A DNA stretch of 64,000 nucleotides from an uncultured delta proteobacterium. Lineage in GTDB: Bacteria > Desulfobacterota > Desulfobaccia > Desulfobaccales > 0-14-0-80-60-11. The notes under the pieces were generated by a model that was given only the letters and a program-made list of their open reading frames with translations, had not been told where the DNA came from and searched no databases. The stretch spans positions 1,472,001-1,536,000 of the forward strand of contig CAWETI010000002.1 of the NCBI GenBank assembly GCA_963812015.1. Reading direction: 5' to 3'. Within the stretch, counting starts at the first letter, position 1; the number at the start of each line of letters is the position of its first letter. This document shows, one piece after another, positions 26,141 to 44,893 of the stretch. The translations under genes and the position numbers were made by a program.

Positions 26141-29100
26141 ATGGCCAAAGCATTATCGCCTTTACGGGTGTATCGAAAGAACTTCGGCAAGATCGAGCGG
26201 GTGATGGACATTTCTAATCTCATTGAGATGCAGAAAGAGTCCTATCACCGCTTCTTGCAAAAAGACGTGGAACCTGAGGCGCGCTCGGATTACGGCCTCC
26301 AGGGAGTGTTCAAGAGCGTCTTTCCCATTCGGGATTTCAGCGGGGTCTGCTCCCTGGAATTCGTCGAGTACGGTTTGGGTGACCCCAAATACGACGTGGA
26401 CGAATGTCAGCAGCGGGGCATGACCTTTGAAGTGCCCATGAAGATACGGGTGCGCCTGGTGGTCCACGATCTGGGTCCGGACTCCAAAGTCCAGACCATC
26501 CGGGACATCAAGGAGCAGGAGATCTATTTCGGCACCCTGCCTTTAATGACCGAGCACGGCACCTTCATCGTCAATGGCACGGAGCGGGTGGTGGTGAGTC
26601 AGTTGCACCGTTCCCCCGGTCTGTTCATTGACCATGATCGGGCCAAGATTCACTCTAGCGGTAAAATCATCTACTCCGCCCGGTTGATTCCGCTCCGGGG
26701 CTCCTGGATCGATTTCGAGTTCGATCCCAAGGATATCCTCTACGTGCGCATCGACCGGCGGCGCAAGTTTCCCGCCACCATTCTCCTGAAGGCGTTGGGC
26801 TACTCGACGGAAGAGCTTCTTAACTTCTTTTATAAGACCCAGCGGGTGCATCTGGAAGGCGAGACCTTCCAGCAGGCCTTCGTCCCGGAGCTGCTGGTGG
26901 ACAAAACCACGACCACCGACATCCCCGATCCCAAGAGCGGGGATGTCCTGATCAAGAAGGGCAAACGGCTGACCCCGGCGTTGATTCAAAAAATGAAGCG
27001 GGCCGGGGTGGAGTCCATCAGCGGGAGCGCCAGCGACCTGGTGGGCCGGGTGGTGGCCCATGACATCCTGGACCCGGAGAGCGGCGAAGTTCTGGCCCAG
27101 TGCAACGAGATGCTGGCCCAGGATAAGATCGAGCAGTTGCAGGCCCGGGGCATCAAGGAGATCGACCTGCTGTTCATCGACGGGGTCAATACCAGCCCCT
27201 GTCTCAGGAACACCCTGGTGGCGGACAAGACCGGGACCATCAAAGAAGCCGTCCTGGAGATTTACCGCCGCTTGCGGCCCAGCAATCGACCCAACGACGA
27301 AGTGGCCACCAGTTTCTTCCAGAATCTCTTTTTTAATCCGGAATATTACGATCTGTCGCCGGTGGGCCGGCTGAAGTTGGACCTGAAACTCAGGCCTGAA
27401 GAAGAGCGTTTGCCTCTGACCAAGACCACCCTGGACAAAGAGGACATTCTCCTGGCGGTGCGGGAGCTCATCACCCAGAAGGACCGGGAAGGACCCGTGG
27501 ACGACATCGACCACCTGGGCAACCGCCGGGTCCGGGCCGTGGGCGAGCTGCTGGAGAACCAGTTCCGGGTGGGCCTGGTGAGGATGGAGCGGGCCATTAA
27601 GGAACGCATGGCCATCCAGGACCTGGACACCCTGATGCCCCACGACCTGGTGAACGCCAAGCCGGTTCAGGCGGTCATCAAGGAGTTTTTCGGCACCTCC
27701 CAGCTCTCCCAGTTCATGGATCAGACCAACCCCTTGAGCGAAATCACCCACAAGCGGCGTCTGTCCGCCCTGGGACCAGGGGGTCTGACCCGGGAACGGG
27801 CCGGGTTCGAGGTGCGGGACGTACATCCCACCCACTACGGCCGCATCTGTCCGATTGAGACCCCGGAAGGTCCCAACATCGGGCTCATCGTGTCGCTCTC
27901 CACCTTCGCCCGAGTCAATGAGTTGGGGTTCATCGAGACCCCCTACCGGGTGGTGGAAAAGGTGGAAAAGGGCGCCAAGGTGGGAACCCGGGTCACCAAG
28001 AAGATCCGGTATCTGAGCGCCCTGCAAGAAAGCGATAAGGTCATCGCCCAGGCCAACGCCCCCCTGGACGAGAAAGGCCGGTTTCTGACGGAGATGATCG
28101 AGGCCCGGAAAAGCGGCGAATACATTACCGCCAACCCCGCCCAGGTGGACTATATGGACGTGTCCCCCAACCAACTGGTGAGCGTGGCGGCCTCCCTCAT
28201 TCCCTTTCTGGAACACGACGACGCCAACCGGGCCCTGATGGGTTCCAACATGCAGCGCCAGGCGGTACCCCTCTTAACCAGCAGTTCGCCCTTGGTGGGG
28301 ACGGGCATGGAAGGCGTGGTGGCCCGGGATTCCGGGGTCACGATGGTGGCCCGGCGCCGGGGTTTTGTGGAGGACGTTGATTCCACCCGGATCGTCATCC
28401 GGGCGTCGGAGCCCGGCAAGGGGGGCAACGGCTCCCCGGTGGACATCTACAAACTGACGAAATTTCAGCGGACCAATCAGAATACCTGTTTCAACCAGCG
28501 TCCCATCGTGATCCCGGGGGACCTGGTGGAGAAGGGCCAGATCATCGCTGACGGTCCGGCCACCTCCATGGGTGAACTGGCCCTGGGCAAGAACGTCATG
28601 GTGGCCTTCATGCCCTGGGGCGGCTACAATTTTGAAGACTCCATTCTGGTGAGCGAGCGCTTGATCAAAGACGACGTCTTCACCTCGATCCACATCGAAG
28701 AGTTCGAAGTGATGGCCCGGGACACCAAGCTGGGCAAAGAAGATATCACCCGGGATATCCCCAATGTGGGGGAAGACGCGCTGGGCAACCTGGATGAAAG
28801 CGGCATTATCCAGCTGGGTTCGGAAGTGCGCCCCGGTGACATCCTGGTGGGCAAGATCACCCCGAAGGGGGAGACGCAGCTCACCCCGGAAGAGAAGCTG
28901 CTCCGGGCTATTTTCGGCGAGAAGGCCGGGGACGTGAAAGACACGTCGCTCAGGGTCCCCCCGGGGATCGAAGGCGTGGTGATCGACGCCCGGGTCTTTT
29001 CCCGGAAGGGCGTGGAAAAGGATGACCGCAGCCGCTCCATCGAAGATGAGGCGGTGGCCAAGCTGCAGAAGGACCAGGCCGACGAGATCGCCATCATCAC

Positions 29101-30298
29101 CCAGACCTTCCGCCAGAAGCTGAAAGACTTGGTGGTGGGCCAGAAGGTAGCCGACAACCTGGACGACGAGCGCACCGGCAACACCTTCATGCATGCGGGC
29201 GAGGCGGTGCCCCCGGAACTGGTGAACAAGCACGCCCTGGAATTCTGGCGCCACGTGTCCTTCCAGGAACCCGGCATCGAAGACCAGGTGGACCAGACCT
29301 TGGATCGCTACCATGACCAGATCCAGTTGGTGACCATGGTATTTGACGCCAAGCTGGGCCGGCTCCGGAAAGTGGACGAGCTGCCCCCCGGGGTAATCAA
29401 AAAGGTCAAGGTGTTCGTGGCCATGAAGCGGAAGCTGGCCGTGGGCGACAAGATGGCCGGCCGCCACGGCAACAAAGGGGTGGTATCCCGGATTATGCCG
29501 GAAGAAGACATGCCTTATTTTGCCGATGGCACGCCGGTGGACATCGTCCTCAACCCCCTGGGGGTCCCCTCCCGCATGAACGTGGGCCAGGTGTTGGAGA
29601 CCCACATGGGTTGGGCTTCCCATGCCCTGGGGAAAAGCATCGGCGAGATGATCGATAAATTCTACAGCCTGGATTCCATCCAGACCCGGCTGAAGCGGAT
29701 CCTCAATCCCGATGCCACCCTGGGCAAAGAGATCGATTCCCTGGATTACGACGAACTCCGGGAAATCTGGGCAAAACATTACCAGGACGGCATTCACATG
29801 GCTTCGCCGGTCTTTGACGGGGTAACGGAAGATGAGGTCGAGGCCTATCTGGCGGAGGCAGGGCTGCCCACCGGCGGCCAGGCGCGCCTGAGGGACGGCC
29901 GCTCCGGGGAGGAGTTTGACCGGGACGTGACCGTCGGGGTGATGTATATGATGAAACTCCATCACCTGGTGGCCGACAAGATCCATGCCCGGTCCATCGG
30001 CCCCTACTCCCTGGTGACCCAGCAGCCTCTGGGCGGCAAGGCCCAGTTCGGCGGCCAGCGTCTGGGGGAAATGGAAGTCTGGGCCCTGGAAGCCTATGGC
30101 GCAGCCTATACCCTGCAGGAATTCCTGACGGTAAAATCGGACGACGTGGCCGGCCGCACCCGCATGTACGAAAAGATCTTCAAAGGCGAATACGATTTGG
30201 AGGCGGGGCTGCCGGAATCCTTTAACGTCCTGGTGCGGGAGCTCAAGAGCCTGGCTCTTAATGTGGAGCTTCTGAAAAAGGACAAGGACAAGTCCTGA
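26141..30298 (+). CDS. rpoB: RNA polymerase beta subunit
   Basis: [38 protein letters not shown]. Confidence 0.99.
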   Translation: MAKALSPLRVYRKNFGKIERVMDISNLIEMQKESYHRFLQKDVEPEARSDYGLQGVFKSVFPIRDFSGVCSLEFVEYGLGDPKYDVDECQQRGMTFEVPMKIRVRLVVHDLGPDSKVQTIRDIKEQEIYFGTLPLMTEHGTFIVNGTERVVVSQLHRSPGLFIDHDRAKIHSSGKIIYSARLIPLRGSWIDFEFDPKDILYVRIDRRRKFPATILLKALGYSTEELLNFFYKTQRVHLEGETFQQAFVPELLVDKTTTTDIPDPKSGDVLIKKGKRLTPALIQKMKRAGVESISGSASDLVGRVVAHDILDPESGEVLAQCNEMLAQDKIEQLQARGIKEIDLLFIDGVNTSPCLRNTLVADKTGTIKEAVLEIYRRLRPSNRPNDEVATSFFQNLFFNPEYYDLSPVGRLKLDLKLRPEEERLPLTKTTLDKEDILLAVRELITQKDREGPVDDIDHLGNRRVRAVGELLENQFRVGLVRMERAIKERMAIQDLDTLMPHDLVNAKPVQAVIKEFFGTSQLSQFMDQTNPLSEITHKRRLSALGPGGLTRERAGFEVRDVHPTHYGRICPIETPEGPNIGLIVSLSTFARVNELGFIETPYRVVEKVEKGAKVGTRVTKKIRYLSALQESDKVIAQANAPLDEKGRFLTEMIEARKSGEYITANPAQVDYMDVSPNQLVSVAASLIPFLEHDDANRALMGSNMQRQAVPLLTSSSPLVGTGMEGVVARDSGVTMVARRRGFVEDVDSTRIVIRASEPGKGGNGSPVDIYKLTKFQRTNQNTCFNQRPIVIPGDLVEKGQIIADGPATSMGELALGKNVMVAFMPWGGYNFEDSILVSERLIKDDVFTSIHIEEFEVMARDTKLGKEDITRDIPNVGEDALGNLDESGIIQLGSEVRPGDILVGKITPKGETQLTPEEKLLRAIFGEKAGDVKDTSLRVPPGIEGVVIDARVFSRKGVEKDDRSRSIEDEAVAKLQKDQADEIAIITQTFRQKLKDLVVGQKVADNLDDERTGNTFMHAGEAVPPELVNKHALEFWRHVSFQEPGIEDQVDQTLDRYHDQIQLVTMVFDAKLGRLRKVDELPPGVIKKVKVFVAMKRKLAVGDKMAGRHGNKGVVSRIMPEEDMPYFADGTPVDIVLNPLGVPSRMNVGQVLETHMGWASHALGKSIGEMIDKFYSLDSIQTRLKRILNPDATLGKEIDSLDYDELREIWAKHYQDGIHMASPVFDGVTEDEVEAYLAEAGLPTGGQARLRDGRSGEEFDRDVTVGVMYMMKLHHLVADKIHARSIGPYSLVTQQPLGGKAQFGGQRLGEMEVWALEAYGAAYTLQEFLTVKSDDVAGRTRMYEKIFKGEYDLEAGLPESFNVLVRELKSLALNVELLKKDKDKS

Positions 30299-30311
30299 GG
30301 AATAGCCTTAT

Positions 30312-34538
<4,227 letters not shown>

Positions 34539-34542
34539 TAGG

Positions 34543-34572
34543 TTGACAACTAGACGCTCATTGGAATAAAAT
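34543..34572 (+). promoter_or_regulatory. Putative internal promoter for str operon
   Basis: TTGACA, 18 nt, TAAAAT. Confidence 0.6.
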
Positions 34573-34621
34573 AATCAATTTGAGTAGCCTTTTATTCAGA
34601 GCAGTCGGAACCGGAGCATGT

Positions 34622-34993
34622 ATGCCTACAATCAACCAGTTGGTTCGCAAGGGCCGGGAGCTGCAGAAGAAGCGGACCGCGTCTCCAGCCCTGCAAAGCT
34701 GTCCCCAAAAACGGGGTGTGTGTGTCAGGGTCTATACCACCACGCCTAAAAAACCCAACTCGGCCTTGCGCAAGGTGGCCCGGGTGCGGCTCACCAACGG
34801 CATCGAGGTGACCACTTACATCCCCGGGGTCGGCCACAACCTCCAGGAGCACTCAGTAGTGCTCATCCGGGGGGGCCGGGTAAAAGACTTGCCCGGGGTG
34901 CGCTACCATGTGGTCCGGGGCACCCTGGATGCGTCAGGGGTTCAGGATCGCCGGCAAGGACGGTCCAAGTACGGGGCCAAGCGGCCTAAATAA
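34622..34993 (+). CDS. rpsL: 30S ribosomal protein S12
   Basis: [23 protein letters not shown]. Confidence 0.99.
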   Translation: MPTINQLVRKGRELQKKRTASPALQSCPQKRGVCVRVYTTTPKKPNSALRKVARVRLTNGIEVTTYIPGVGHNLQEHSVVLIRGGRVKDLPGVRYHVVRGTLDASGVQDRRQGRSKYGAKRPK

Positions 34994-34996
34994 AGA

Positions 34997-35129
34997 CAGT
35001 TTTCGGTTTCCGGTTTTCGGTAAAAGCACAAGACACGACAGAAAACAGAAACCGAAAGATATATTGAGAGATCGGGATTGGCGGACGGTTTTTATCTCAG
35101 AAAACCGGAAACCGAAAACCGAAAACCGA
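34997..35129. repeat. Inverted 7-mer tandem-repeat hairpin (CGGTTTT / CCGAAAA)
   Basis: CAGTTTT CGGTTTC CGGTTTT CGGT ... CAGAAAA CCGGAAA CCGAAAA CCGAAAA CCGA. Confidence 0.85.
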
Positions 35130-35137
35130 GGTAGAAA

Positions 35138-35608
35138 ATGCCCAGAAAAGGCGGAGTGGTCAAGCGGCCTGTTCCTCAAGACCTGAAATACAACGACGTC
35201 ATGGTGAGCCGGTTCATCAACGGCTTGATGGAGCGGGGCAAGAAGAGCACGGCCCAACGCATCCTGTATAACGCCATGGAACTCGTGGGTCAGCGGGGCA
35301 ACGATGACCCCCTGAAGCTGTTCCATCAGGCGGTGGAAAACGTGAAGCCTTTGATCGAGGTGAAATCCCGTCGGGTAGGCGGCGCCACCTATCAGGTCCC
35401 CGTGGAAGTGCGGGCCGACCGCCGGGTTTCCCTGGCCATCCGCTGGCTGATCAATTACTCCAAGGCCAGGAACGAAAAGTCCATGGAGGCCAAGCTGGCC
35501 GCGGAGCTGCTGGACGCGGCCAACAACCGGGGCACCTCCATTAAGAAACGTGAAGACACGCATAAGATGGCTGAAGCCAACAAGGCCTTCGCCCACTATA
35601 GATGGTAA
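35138..35608 (+). CDS. rpsG: 30S ribosomal protein S7
   Basis: [23 protein letters not shown]. Confidence 0.99.
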   Translation: MPRKGGVVKRPVPQDLKYNDVMVSRFINGLMERGKKSTAQRILYNAMELVGQRGNDDPLKLFHQAVENVKPLIEVKSRRVGGATYQVPVEVRADRRVSLAIRWLINYSKARNEKSMEAKLAAELLDAANNRGTSIKKREDTHKMAEANKAFAHYRW

Positions 35609-35614
35609 ACTAAT

Positions 35615-37693
<2,079 letters not shown>

Positions 37694-37720
37694 TCCTGAT
37701 TAAATTAGGAGGAAGTCCTA

Positions 37721-38914
37721 ATGGCCAAAAAGAAATTTGAGCGGAAGAAGCCGCACGTGAATGTAGGGACGATTGGTCATATCGATCATGGCAAGACGAC
37801 CTTGACCGCGGCCATCACCAAGCATTTGGCCAAGAAGGGATGGGCGTCGTACATTCCCTTTGACCAGATCGACAAGGCGCCGGAAGAAAAAGAGCGGGGC
37901 ATCACCATCGCCCTGGCCCACGTGGAGTACGAGACCGCCAACCGGCACTATGCCCACGTGGACTGCCCGGGTCACGCCGACTACATCAAGAACATGATCA
38001 CCGGGGCGGCCCAGATGGACGGGGCGATTCTGGTGGTGGGGGCGGATGACGGCCCCATGCCCCAGACCCGGGAGCACATCTTGTTGGCCCGTCAGGTGGG
38101 CGTGCCCTTCATCGTGGTCTTCTTGAACAAAGTCGACCTGGTGGACGACCCGGAACTCATCGAGCTGGTGGAGCTGGAGCTGCGAGAGCTTCTGTCCAAG
38201 TACGAATTTCCCGGGGACGACATTCCCATCATCAAGGGCAGCGCCCTGAAGGCGTTGGAGTCCGAGGATATCAACTCGCCGGAGGTCAAACCCATCTTCG
38301 AGCTGATGGAGGCTTTGGATACTTACATTCCGGAGCCGGTGCGGGACGTGGACAAGCCGTTCCTGATGCCCATCGAGGACGTGTTCACCATCAGCGGCCG
38401 GGGCACGGTGGTCACCGGCCGGTGTGAGCGGGGCCAGATCAAGGTGGGCGAGGAAGTGGAGATCGTCGGTTTCGCCCCCACCCAGAAGACGGTGTGCACC
38501 GGGGTGGAGATGTTCCGGAAGACGCTGGATTACGGTCAGGCCGGGGACAACGTCGGTCTGCTGCTCCGGGGCATCAAGAAGGACGAAGTGGAGCGGGGCC
38601 AGGTGGTGGCCAAGCCGGGGTCGATCACGCCCCACACGCGGTTCAAGGCCGAGGTGTACGTACTGAACAAGGAGGAGGGCGGGCGGCACACGCCGTTCTT
38701 CACCGGATACCGGCCGCAATTTTATCTGAGGACCACGGACGTCACCGGGGTGGCCACGCTGCCCGAGGGAGTGGAGATGGTGATGCCCGGGGACAACGTG
38801 TCCATGGAGGTGACGTTGATCACCCCCGTGGCCCTGGAAAAAGAACTCCGTTTCGCCATCCGGGAAGGCGGCCGCACCGTGGGCGCCGGCGTGGTGAGCG
38901 AAATCATAGAATAG
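37721..38914 (+). CDS. tuf: Elongation factor Tu (copy 2)
   Basis: Same protein as 21054-22247. Confidence 0.99.
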   Translation: MAKKKFERKKPHVNVGTIGHIDHGKTTLTAAITKHLAKKGWASYIPFDQIDKAPEEKERGITIALAHVEYETANRHYAHVDCPGHADYIKNMITGAAQMDGAILVVGADDGPMPQTREHILLARQVGVPFIVVFLNKVDLVDDPELIELVELELRELLSKYEFPGDDIPIIKGSALKALESEDINSPEVKPIFELMEALDTYIPEPVRDVDKPFLMPIEDVFTISGRGTVVTGRCERGQIKVGEEVEIVGFAPTQKTVCTGVEMFRKTLDYGQAGDNVGLLLRGIKKDEVERGQVVAKPGSITPHTRFKAEVYVLNKEEGGRHTPFFTGYRPQFYLRTTDVTGVATLPEGVEMVMPGDNVSMEVTLITPVALEKELRFAIREGGRTVGAGVVSEIIE

Positions 38915-38998
38915 TTTGTAAGGGGCATCGATACCGATGGCGGGCAGGAACGCCCGTCCTAGGGAGAGCCTGAGACATCCTGGAATAAGGATAACTAC

Positions 38999-39307
38999 AT
39001 GATTACGCCCAAGATTCGCATTCGGTTGCGATCTTACGACTACAAGCTGCTGGACAAATCGGTGCTGGAGATCGTTGAAACGGCCCGGAGCACCGGCGCC
39101 CGGGTGGCGGGACCCATTCCGCTGCCCACGGAGATCAACAAATACACCGTGCTGCGGTCCCCGCATATCGACAAGAAGTCCCGGGAGCAGTTCGAAGTCC
39201 GCACCTACAAGCGGCTGATGGATATCCTGGAGCCGACCCAGCAGACCATGGATGCCATCAGCAAGCTTGACCTGGCAGCCGGGGTGGACGTAGAAATTAA
39301 AGTTTAA
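38999..39307 (+). CDS. rpsJ: 30S ribosomal protein S10
   Basis: [21 protein letters not shown]. Confidence 0.99.
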   Translation: MITPKIRIRLRSYDYKLLDKSVLEIVETARSTGARVAGPIPLPTEINKYTVLRSPHIDKKSREQFEVRTYKRLMDILEPTQQTMDAISKLDLAAGVDVEIKV

Positions 39308-39309
39308 GA

Positions 39310-39390
39310 CAGGGGTCAGGGATTAGGGGTCAGGGGAGAGCAGGATTTTTAGCCTCACACTGACAACTGACTACTGGCTACTGACTACTG
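39310..39390. repeat. Inverted 7-mer tandem-repeat element (CAGGGGT / CTGACTA)
   Basis: CAGGGGT CAGGGAT TAGGGGT CAGGGGA ... CTGACAA CTGACTA CTGGCTA CTGACTA CTG. Confidence 0.85.
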
Positions 39391-39400
39391 GAGAGATACA

Positions 39401-40027
39401 ATGCCTGGGGGCTTAATCGGCAAAAAATTGGGCATGACTCGGATCTTCGATAACGAAGGCCTGGCGATGCCCGTCACGGTCATCGAAGCCGGCCCTTGTT
39501 TTGTGGTGCAGAAAAAGACCGCGCCGAAAGACGGCTACGAGGCCGTGCAAGTGGGTTTTGACCGGCGGGCCTTGACCAAGTGCACCAAGCCGGAAAAAGG
39601 CCACTTCGAAAAGCACGGCGCCAAGAGCGGCTTCAAATATCTCCGGGAATTCCGGGTGGATGAGGCCGGAGGCTTCGAAGAGGGCCAGGAGATCACCGTG
39701 GAGCAGTTTGAGATCGGCGACCGGGTGGATGTCATCGGCACCAGCAAGGGCAAAGGGTTTGCCGGCACCATCAAGCGGTGGAATTTTCACCGGGGTCCCA
39801 TGGGCCATGGTTCCATGTCCCACCGGGCGCCCGGGTCCATCGGCGCCAGCGCCTATCCCTCCCGGGTGGTCAGAGGCAAGAAGATGCCGGGCCAGATGGG
39901 GAATGCCCGGGTGACCATGAAGAATTTGGAAGTAGTGGATGTGCGCCCCGAAGAGAACCTCCTGGTGGTGAAAGGGGCCATCCCCGGACCCTGCCAGGGC
40001 CTGGTGCTCATCCAGAAGGCCGGGTGA
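39401..40027 (+). CDS. rplC: 50S ribosomal protein L3
   Basis: [23 protein letters not shown]. Confidence 0.99.
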   Translation: MPGGLIGKKLGMTRIFDNEGLAMPVTVIEAGPCFVVQKKTAPKDGYEAVQVGFDRRALTKCTKPEKGHFEKHGAKSGFKYLREFRVDEAGGFEEGQEITVEQFEIGDRVDVIGTSKGKGFAGTIKRWNFHRGPMGHGSMSHRAPGSIGASAYPSRVVRGKKMPGQMGNARVTMKNLEVVDVRPEENLLVVKGAIPGPCQGLVLIQKAG

Positions 40028-40031
40028 CGGT

Positions 40032-40655
40032 ATGGCGACGGTGGATATCTATAATATTCTGAAAGAAAAAGTCGGGGAACTCGACCTCAAAGACGAGATC
40101 TTTGGGGTGGAGGTGAAGGGGCACCTGCTCCATGAAGTGGTGACCTGGCAGCTGGCCTGCCGCCGGTCCGGCACCGCGTGCACCAAGACCCGGGGCGAAA
40201 TCCGGGGCGGCGGGCGCAAACCCTGGAAGCAGAAGGGCACCGGCCGGGCCCGGGCCGGCAGCAGCCGGTCTCCCATCTGGCGGGGCGGCGGCACCACCTT
40301 CGGCCCCAGACCCCGGAGCTACGCCTATGCGCTGCCCAAACAGGTGCGGCGCCTGGCCCTGAAGATGGCGCTGTCCAGCAAGGTGGCCAACGGCCAGCTG
40401 GTGATACTGGACGCCTATCCCCACACCACGCCCAAGACCAAAGACTTTATGCAGGTCCTTAAGACCTTTGACCTCAACAAGGCCCTGTTCATTACTTCGG
40501 AAGCCAACCAGGCCCTGGAACTCTCGGCCCGGAATGTGCCGGGGGTCCAGGTGATGCTCACGATGGGATTGAACGTGTACGACATCCTCAAATACGAGCA
40601 CCTGGTGTTGTTTTCCCCGGCGTTGGATCAGATCGAAGCGAGGCTGGCCAAATGA
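40032..40655 (+). CDS. rplD: 50S ribosomal protein L4
   Basis: KPWKQKGTGRARAG. Confidence 0.99.
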   Translation: MATVDIYNILKEKVGELDLKDEIFGVEVKGHLLHEVVTWQLACRRSGTACTKTRGEIRGGGRKPWKQKGTGRARAGSSRSPIWRGGGTTFGPRPRSYAYALPKQVRRLALKMALSSKVANGQLVILDAYPHTTPKTKDFMQVLKTFDLNKALFITSEANQALELSARNVPGVQVMLTMGLNVYDILKYEHLVLFSPALDQIEARLAK

Positions 40656-40942
40656 AGGCTTATCATTATTTGATCAAAGGGCCGATCATCACGGAAAAGA
40701 CCCACACCCAGAAGGAGGCGGCCAACAAACTGACCTTCCGGGTGAATGTCAAGGCCAACAAGATCGAGATCAGGAAGGCTATTGAAACTATCTTCAAGGT
40801 CAAAGTCCTGGGGGTGAACACCATCCACGTCAAGGGGAAGGAAAAGCGCGTGGGCAAGACCGGTGGCATGCGCCCCGACTGGAAAAAGGCGGTGGTCACC
40901 TTGGCTCCCGGAGAGAAGATCGCCGGTTTCGACGCGCTGTAA
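40652..40942 (+). CDS. rplW: 50S ribosomal protein L23
   Basis: PIITEK, WKKAVVTL. Confidence 0.98.
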   Translation: MKAYHYLIKGPIITEKTHTQKEAANKLTFRVNVKANKIEIRKAIETIFKVKVLGVNTIHVKGKEKRVGKTGGMRPDWKKAVVTLAPGEKIAGFDAL

Positions 40943-40943
40943 T

Positions 40944-40995
40944 CTGGCGTCTTGGCGTGGGGAATGAGTCTCACGCACAGGCGCAAAGGCGCACA
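40944..40995. repeat. Inverted 8-mer repeat hairpin (CGCAAAGG family)
   Basis: CTGGCGT CTTGGCGTG ... TCACGCACAGG CGCAAAGG CGCAC. Confidence 0.75.
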
Positions 40996-41010
40996 TAAGG
41001 AAGAACGCAG

Positions 41011-41838
41011 ATGGCATTGATTTCCCGAAAGCCTACCTCCCCAGGGCGGCGGTTCCAGACGGCGACGGATTTTGCCGAGATCACTCGGAGCGAGCCGGAG
41101 AAGAGCCTGGTCCAGGCCCTGAAAAAGTCGGGGGGGCGGAATTGTTACGGCCGGGTCACCGCCCGGCACCGGGGTGGGGGCCACAAGCGGCAATATCGCC
41201 TCATCGATTTCAAGCGCAACAAGCTTGAGGTTCCGGCCAAGGTGGCCACCATCGAGTACGACCCCAACCGCACCACGCGGATTGCGCTGCTCCACTATGT
41301 GGACGGGGAGAAGCGCTACATCCTGGCGCCCCAGGAGCTTAGGGTGGGGGACATGGTGGTCTCGAGTCAGGAGGCGGATATCAAGCCGGGCAACGCCCTG
41401 CCCCTGAAGAACATCCCCACCGGCACCCTGGTGCACAACGTCGAGTTGAAGCCGGGGAAGGGCGGGCAGATGGCCCGGGCGGCGGGCTCTGCGGCCCAGT
41501 TGATGGCCAAGGAAGGGAAGCAGGCCCACCTGAAGCTGCCGTCGGGGGAAGTGCGGATGGTGCCGTTGGACTGCCGGGCCACCATCGGCCAGCTCAGCAA
41601 CGTGGAGCAGGAGAACGTCTCCCTGGGCAAGGCCGGGCGGAAGCGCTGGCAGGGAAAGCGGCCCCACGTCCGGGGCGTAGCCATGAACCCGGTGGATCAC
41701 CCCATGGGCGGCGGCGAAGGCAAGTCGTCGGGCGGCCGGCATCCATGTACCCCCTGGGGGGTGCCCACCAAGGGATACAAGACCAGAAAGCCCAAAGCCA
41801 GCGACCGGGATATCGTTAAACGCCGGTCTAAGAAGTAG
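41011..41838 (+). CDS. rplB: 50S ribosomal protein L2
   Basis: [17 protein letters not shown]. Confidence 0.99.
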   Translation: MALISRKPTSPGRRFQTATDFAEITRSEPEKSLVQALKKSGGRNCYGRVTARHRGGGHKRQYRLIDFKRNKLEVPAKVATIEYDPNRTTRIALLHYVDGEKRYILAPQELRVGDMVVSSQEADIKPGNALPLKNIPTGTLVHNVELKPGKGGQMARAAGSAAQLMAKEGKQAHLKLPSGEVRMVPLDCRATIGQLSNVEQENVSLGKAGRKRWQGKRPHVRGVAMNPVDHPMGGGEGKSSGGRHPCTPWGVPTKGYKTRKPKASDRDIVKRRSKK

Positions 41839-41849
41839 AGGGGAGAATC

Positions 41850-42134
41850 GTGGCCCGTTCATTAAAAAAGGGACCCTATGTGCAGGACAGCCTCCAGGCC
41901 AAGGTATTGCAGGCCCGGGAAACCCAGGATCGTCGGGTGATCAAGACCTGGTCGCGGCGTTCCACTATCACTCCGGAATTTATCGGAATAACCCTGGCGG
42001 TCCATAACGGCAAGAAGTTTATTCCGGTCTACGTCACCGAAAACATGGTGGGGCACAAGTTAGGAGAGTTTTCCCCCACCCGGCACTTCGGGGGCCATGC
42101 CGGCGACCGCAAAACCAAAATGGGTAAGAAGTAG
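41850..42134 (+). CDS. rpsS: 30S ribosomal protein S19
   Basis: [16 protein letters not shown]. Confidence 0.99.
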   Translation: MARSLKKGPYVQDSLQAKVLQARETQDRRVIKTWSRRSTITPEFIGITLAVHNGKKFIPVYVTENMVGHKLGEFSPTRHFGGHAGDRKTKMGKK

Positions 42135-42136
42135 CC

Positions 42137-42478
42137 ATGGAAATCAAGGCGAGCGCCAAATATCTGCGCATCTCGCCCACCAAGCTGCGGCTGGTGGCCC
42201 GGATCCTCCCCGGTAAGAAGGTGGAAGATGCCCTGGCCATGCTCCAGTACATGCCCCAAAAGGGGGCGCGGTTGGTGCGCAAGGTGGTCATGTCCGCGGT
42301 GGCCAATGCCGAGCAACGGCCCCAAATAGACGTGGATACCCTGGTAATCAAAGGCGTCCAGGTGGATGGGGGTCCCAGCCTCAGGCGATTCCAAGCCCGG
42401 GCCATGGGGCGGGTCAACCGCATCCTCAAGCGGAGCAGCCATATCACCGTAGTCCTGAAAGAGGGACTCGGGAAATGA
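42137..42478 (+). CDS. rplV: 50S ribosomal protein L22
   Basis: [19 protein letters not shown]. Confidence 0.98.
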   Translation: MEIKASAKYLRISPTKLRLVARILPGKKVEDALAMLQYMPQKGARLVRKVVMSAVANAEQRPQIDVDTLVIKGVQVDGGPSLRRFQARAMGRVNRILKRSSHITVVLKEGLGK

Positions 42479-42500
42479 AGAGTTTATAAGGAGGCATGGA

Positions 42501-43154
42501 TTGGGCCAGAAAGTACACCCCATCGGTTTCCGTTTAGGAAGCTTTCGCAAATGGGATTCCGTTTGGTTCGCCCGGAAGGATTTTGCAGCGCTGGTTCTGG
42601 AAGACCGCAGGATTCGGGAGTTCATCAAGGCTGACAAGGAACTCAAGGGATCGGGGATTGCCGGACTGGATATCAAGCGGGCGGCCAATAAGCTGACCAT
42701 TAAGATCCATACCTCCCGGCCGGGCATGGTCATCGGCCAGAAGGGTAAGAAAATCGACGACCTGCGCCGCCGGCTGGAGAAGCTGGTGGGACGGGAACTC
42801 GTCATCGACGTGCAGGAAGTGCGCAAACCGGAGATCAACGCCCAGCTGGTGGCGGAAAACATCGCCCAGCAGCTGGAACGCCGGGTGTCGTTCCGCCGGG
42901 CCATGAAGAAGTCGGTGGGCCAGGCCCTGAAGTTCGGGGCCAAGGGCATCAAGATCCGCTGCAAGGGCCGGCTGGCCGGGGCGGAAATTGCCCGGCAGGA
43001 GACGTACCGGGAAGGGCGGGTGCCACTGCACACCCTGCGGGCCCTTATTGATTACGGGTTCGCCGAGGCCAAGACCACCTATGGGCTGATCGGGGTAAAG
43101 ACCTGGATCTTCCACGGCGAGGTCCTGGGGTCCCAAGAAGGGATGAGCTTATAG
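42501..43154 (+). CDS. rpsC: 30S ribosomal protein S3
   Basis: [25 protein letters not shown] start. Confidence 0.99.
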   Translation: MGQKVHPIGFRLGSFRKWDSVWFARKDFAALVLEDRRIREFIKADKELKGSGIAGLDIKRAANKLTIKIHTSRPGMVIGQKGKKIDDLRRRLEKLVGRELVIDVQEVRKPEINAQLVAENIAQQLERRVSFRRAMKKSVGQALKFGAKGIKIRCKGRLAGAEIARQETYREGRVPLHTLRALIDYGFAEAKTTYGLIGVKTWIFHGEVLGSQEGMSL

Positions 43155-43164
43155 CAGACTAACT

Positions 43165-43229
43165 TTGTCACCCTGAGCATGGACCCCCGGCCGGAATGAT
43201 CTGAGGCTGCAGGGGGCTCAGCCTGACAA
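43165..43229. repeat. Palindromic insertion with GTCA.CCTGAGC termini
   Basis: TTGTCACCCTGAGC ... GCTCAGCCTGACAA; termini like 62593-62662. Confidence 0.65.
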
Positions 43230-43243
43230 CATGGGAATAAGAC

Positions 43244-43675
43244 ATGCTTAGTCCAAAACGGGTAAAACATCGGAAAGTAATGCGGGGCCGCCGCAGGGGC
43301 AAGGCCACCCGGGGCAATTACGTGGCCTTCGGGGATTATGGCCTCATGGCCGAGGAATGCGGCTGGATTACGGCCCAGCAAATCGAGGCGGCCCGGATCG
43401 CCATCACCCGGCACGTCAAGCGGGGCGGCAAGATCTGGATCCGGGTTTTTCCGGATAAGCCCTTCACCAAGAAGCCGGCGGAAACCCGCATGGGGAAAGG
43501 GAAGGGCGGTCCGGAGGGTTGGGTGGCGGTGGTGCGGCCCGGTCTAATTCTCTATGAGATGGCCGGGGTGGACCGGGAAGTCGCCAAAGAAGCCATGCGT
43601 CTGGCCTCCCACAAGCTCTCCATCCCCACCAAGTTTGTGGAACGGGAGCACATGGCGGCGGAGGCGACGACATGA
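43244..43675 (+). CDS. rplP: 50S ribosomal protein L16
   Basis: [12 protein letters not shown]. Confidence 0.99.
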   Translation: MLSPKRVKHRKVMRGRRRGKATRGNYVAFGDYGLMAEECGWITAQQIEAARIAITRHVKRGGKIWIRVFPDKPFTKKPAETRMGKGKGGPEGWVAVVRPGLILYEMAGVDREVAKEAMRLASHKLSIPTKFVEREHMAAEATT

Positions 43676-43866
43676 AGGCTGCGGATTTACGGGACCTGAC
43701 CCGGGAAGAACTCCTGGCCAAGTTGAAGGAGGTTTCGGAAGAACTCTTCAACTTGAATTTTCAACATAGCCGACAGCAACTGGACAATACCGCTCGATTG
43801 GGGCAGGCCAGGAAGGATATGGCCCGGGTCCAGACGGTACTGCGGGGAAAGGCCGGGCAAGAATAG
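43672..43866 (+). CDS. rpmC: 50S ribosomal protein L29
   Basis: ELFNLNFQ...RKDMARVQT; operon position. Confidence 0.95.
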   Translation: MKAADLRDLTREELLAKLKEVSEELFNLNFQHSRQQLDNTARLGQARKDMARVQTVLRGKAGQE

Positions 43867-43886
43867 CTCGGGAGGGTTAGGCAGGT

Positions 43887-44147
43887 ATGGAAAAGCAGCG
43901 CGGTGTGCGCAAGACCAGGATTGGTTTGGTGGTCAGCGACAAAATGGAAAAGACCGTGGTGGTGGAAGTGAAACGCCTGGTGGCCCACCCCCTCTATCAT
44001 AAGATTATCCGGCGCCGGGCCCGGATCAAGGCCCATGACCCCAACAATACCTGCCGGGTGGGCGACAAGGTACTCCTGGAGGAGACCCGTCCCCTGAGCC
44101 GGGATAAACATTGGCGGATCAAGGAAGTCCTGGAGAAGGCCCAGTAA
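43887..44147 (+). CDS. rpsQ: 30S ribosomal protein S17
   Basis: [19 protein letters not shown]. Confidence 0.98.
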   Translation: MEKQRGVRKTRIGLVVSDKMEKTVVVEVKRLVAHPLYHKIIRRRARIKAHDPNNTCRVGDKVLLEETRPLSRDKHWRIKEVLEKAQ

Positions 44148-44171
44148 GCCCAAGGGCGTGAGGATAGAATC

Positions 44172-44540
44172 ATGATCCAGGTTCAGACACAAATGACGGT
44201 GGCGGACAACTCCGGCGCCAAGAAGGTATCCTGTATCCGGGTCCTGGGAGGCACCAGGCGGCGGTATGCCGGGGTGGGGGATATCGTCATCGTGGCGGTT
44301 AAGGAGGCCCTGCCTCACTCCAAGGTGAAAAAGGGCGACGTGATGCGGGCCGTGGTGGTACGCACCGTCAAGGAGACCCGGCGCCCCGATGGCTCGCACA
44401 TCCGGTTTGACGATAACTCGGCGGTGCTCATCAACCCCCAGGGCGATCCCATCGGCACCCGGATATTCGGGCCGGTGGCCAGGGAACTTCGGGCCAAGAA
44501 ATTTATGAAGATCATCTCATTGGCCCCGGAGGTGCTCTAA
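44172..44540 (+). CDS. rplN: 50S ribosomal protein L14
   Basis: [20 protein letters not shown]. Confidence 0.99.
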   Translation: MIQVQTQMTVADNSGAKKVSCIRVLGGTRRRYAGVGDIVIVAVKEALPHSKVKKGDVMRAVVVRTVKETRRPDGSHIRFDDNSAVLINPQGDPIGTRIFGPVARELRAKKFMKIISLAPEVL

Positions 44541-44893
44541 TGGGAAAGTACAAGAAGGCCCTCGCAGAGCCCGTGAGGATCCGGTTGAAGAAGAACGATC
44601 TGGTGGAGGTCACCACCGGCAAAGAGCAAGGTAAAACCGGCAAGATCCTGAAGGTGTTCCGGGAAAAGAATCAGGTGCTGATCGAAAAGGTCAACATGAT
44701 CAAGCGGCACACCCGGCCTAGTCCCACCACGGGGCAGGGGGGGATCGTGGAAAAAGAAGCGCCGGTTTACGTCGCCAAGGTGAAGCTCATTTGCCCCAAG
44801 TGCGCCACCGGCACCCGTTTTAAGATGGCCCAGACCGGGGAAGGCAAGAAGACCCGGGTATGTTTAAAATGCAAGGAAATGATTGATGGCTGA
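44540..44893 (+). CDS. rplX: 50S ribosomal protein L24
   Basis: [20 protein letters not shown]. Confidence 0.97.
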   Translation: MGKYKKALAEPVRIRLKKNDLVEVTTGKEQGKTGKILKVFREKNQVLIEKVNMIKRHTRPSPTTGQGGIVEKEAPVYVAKVKLICPKCATGTRFKMAQTGEGKKTRVCLKCKEMIDG

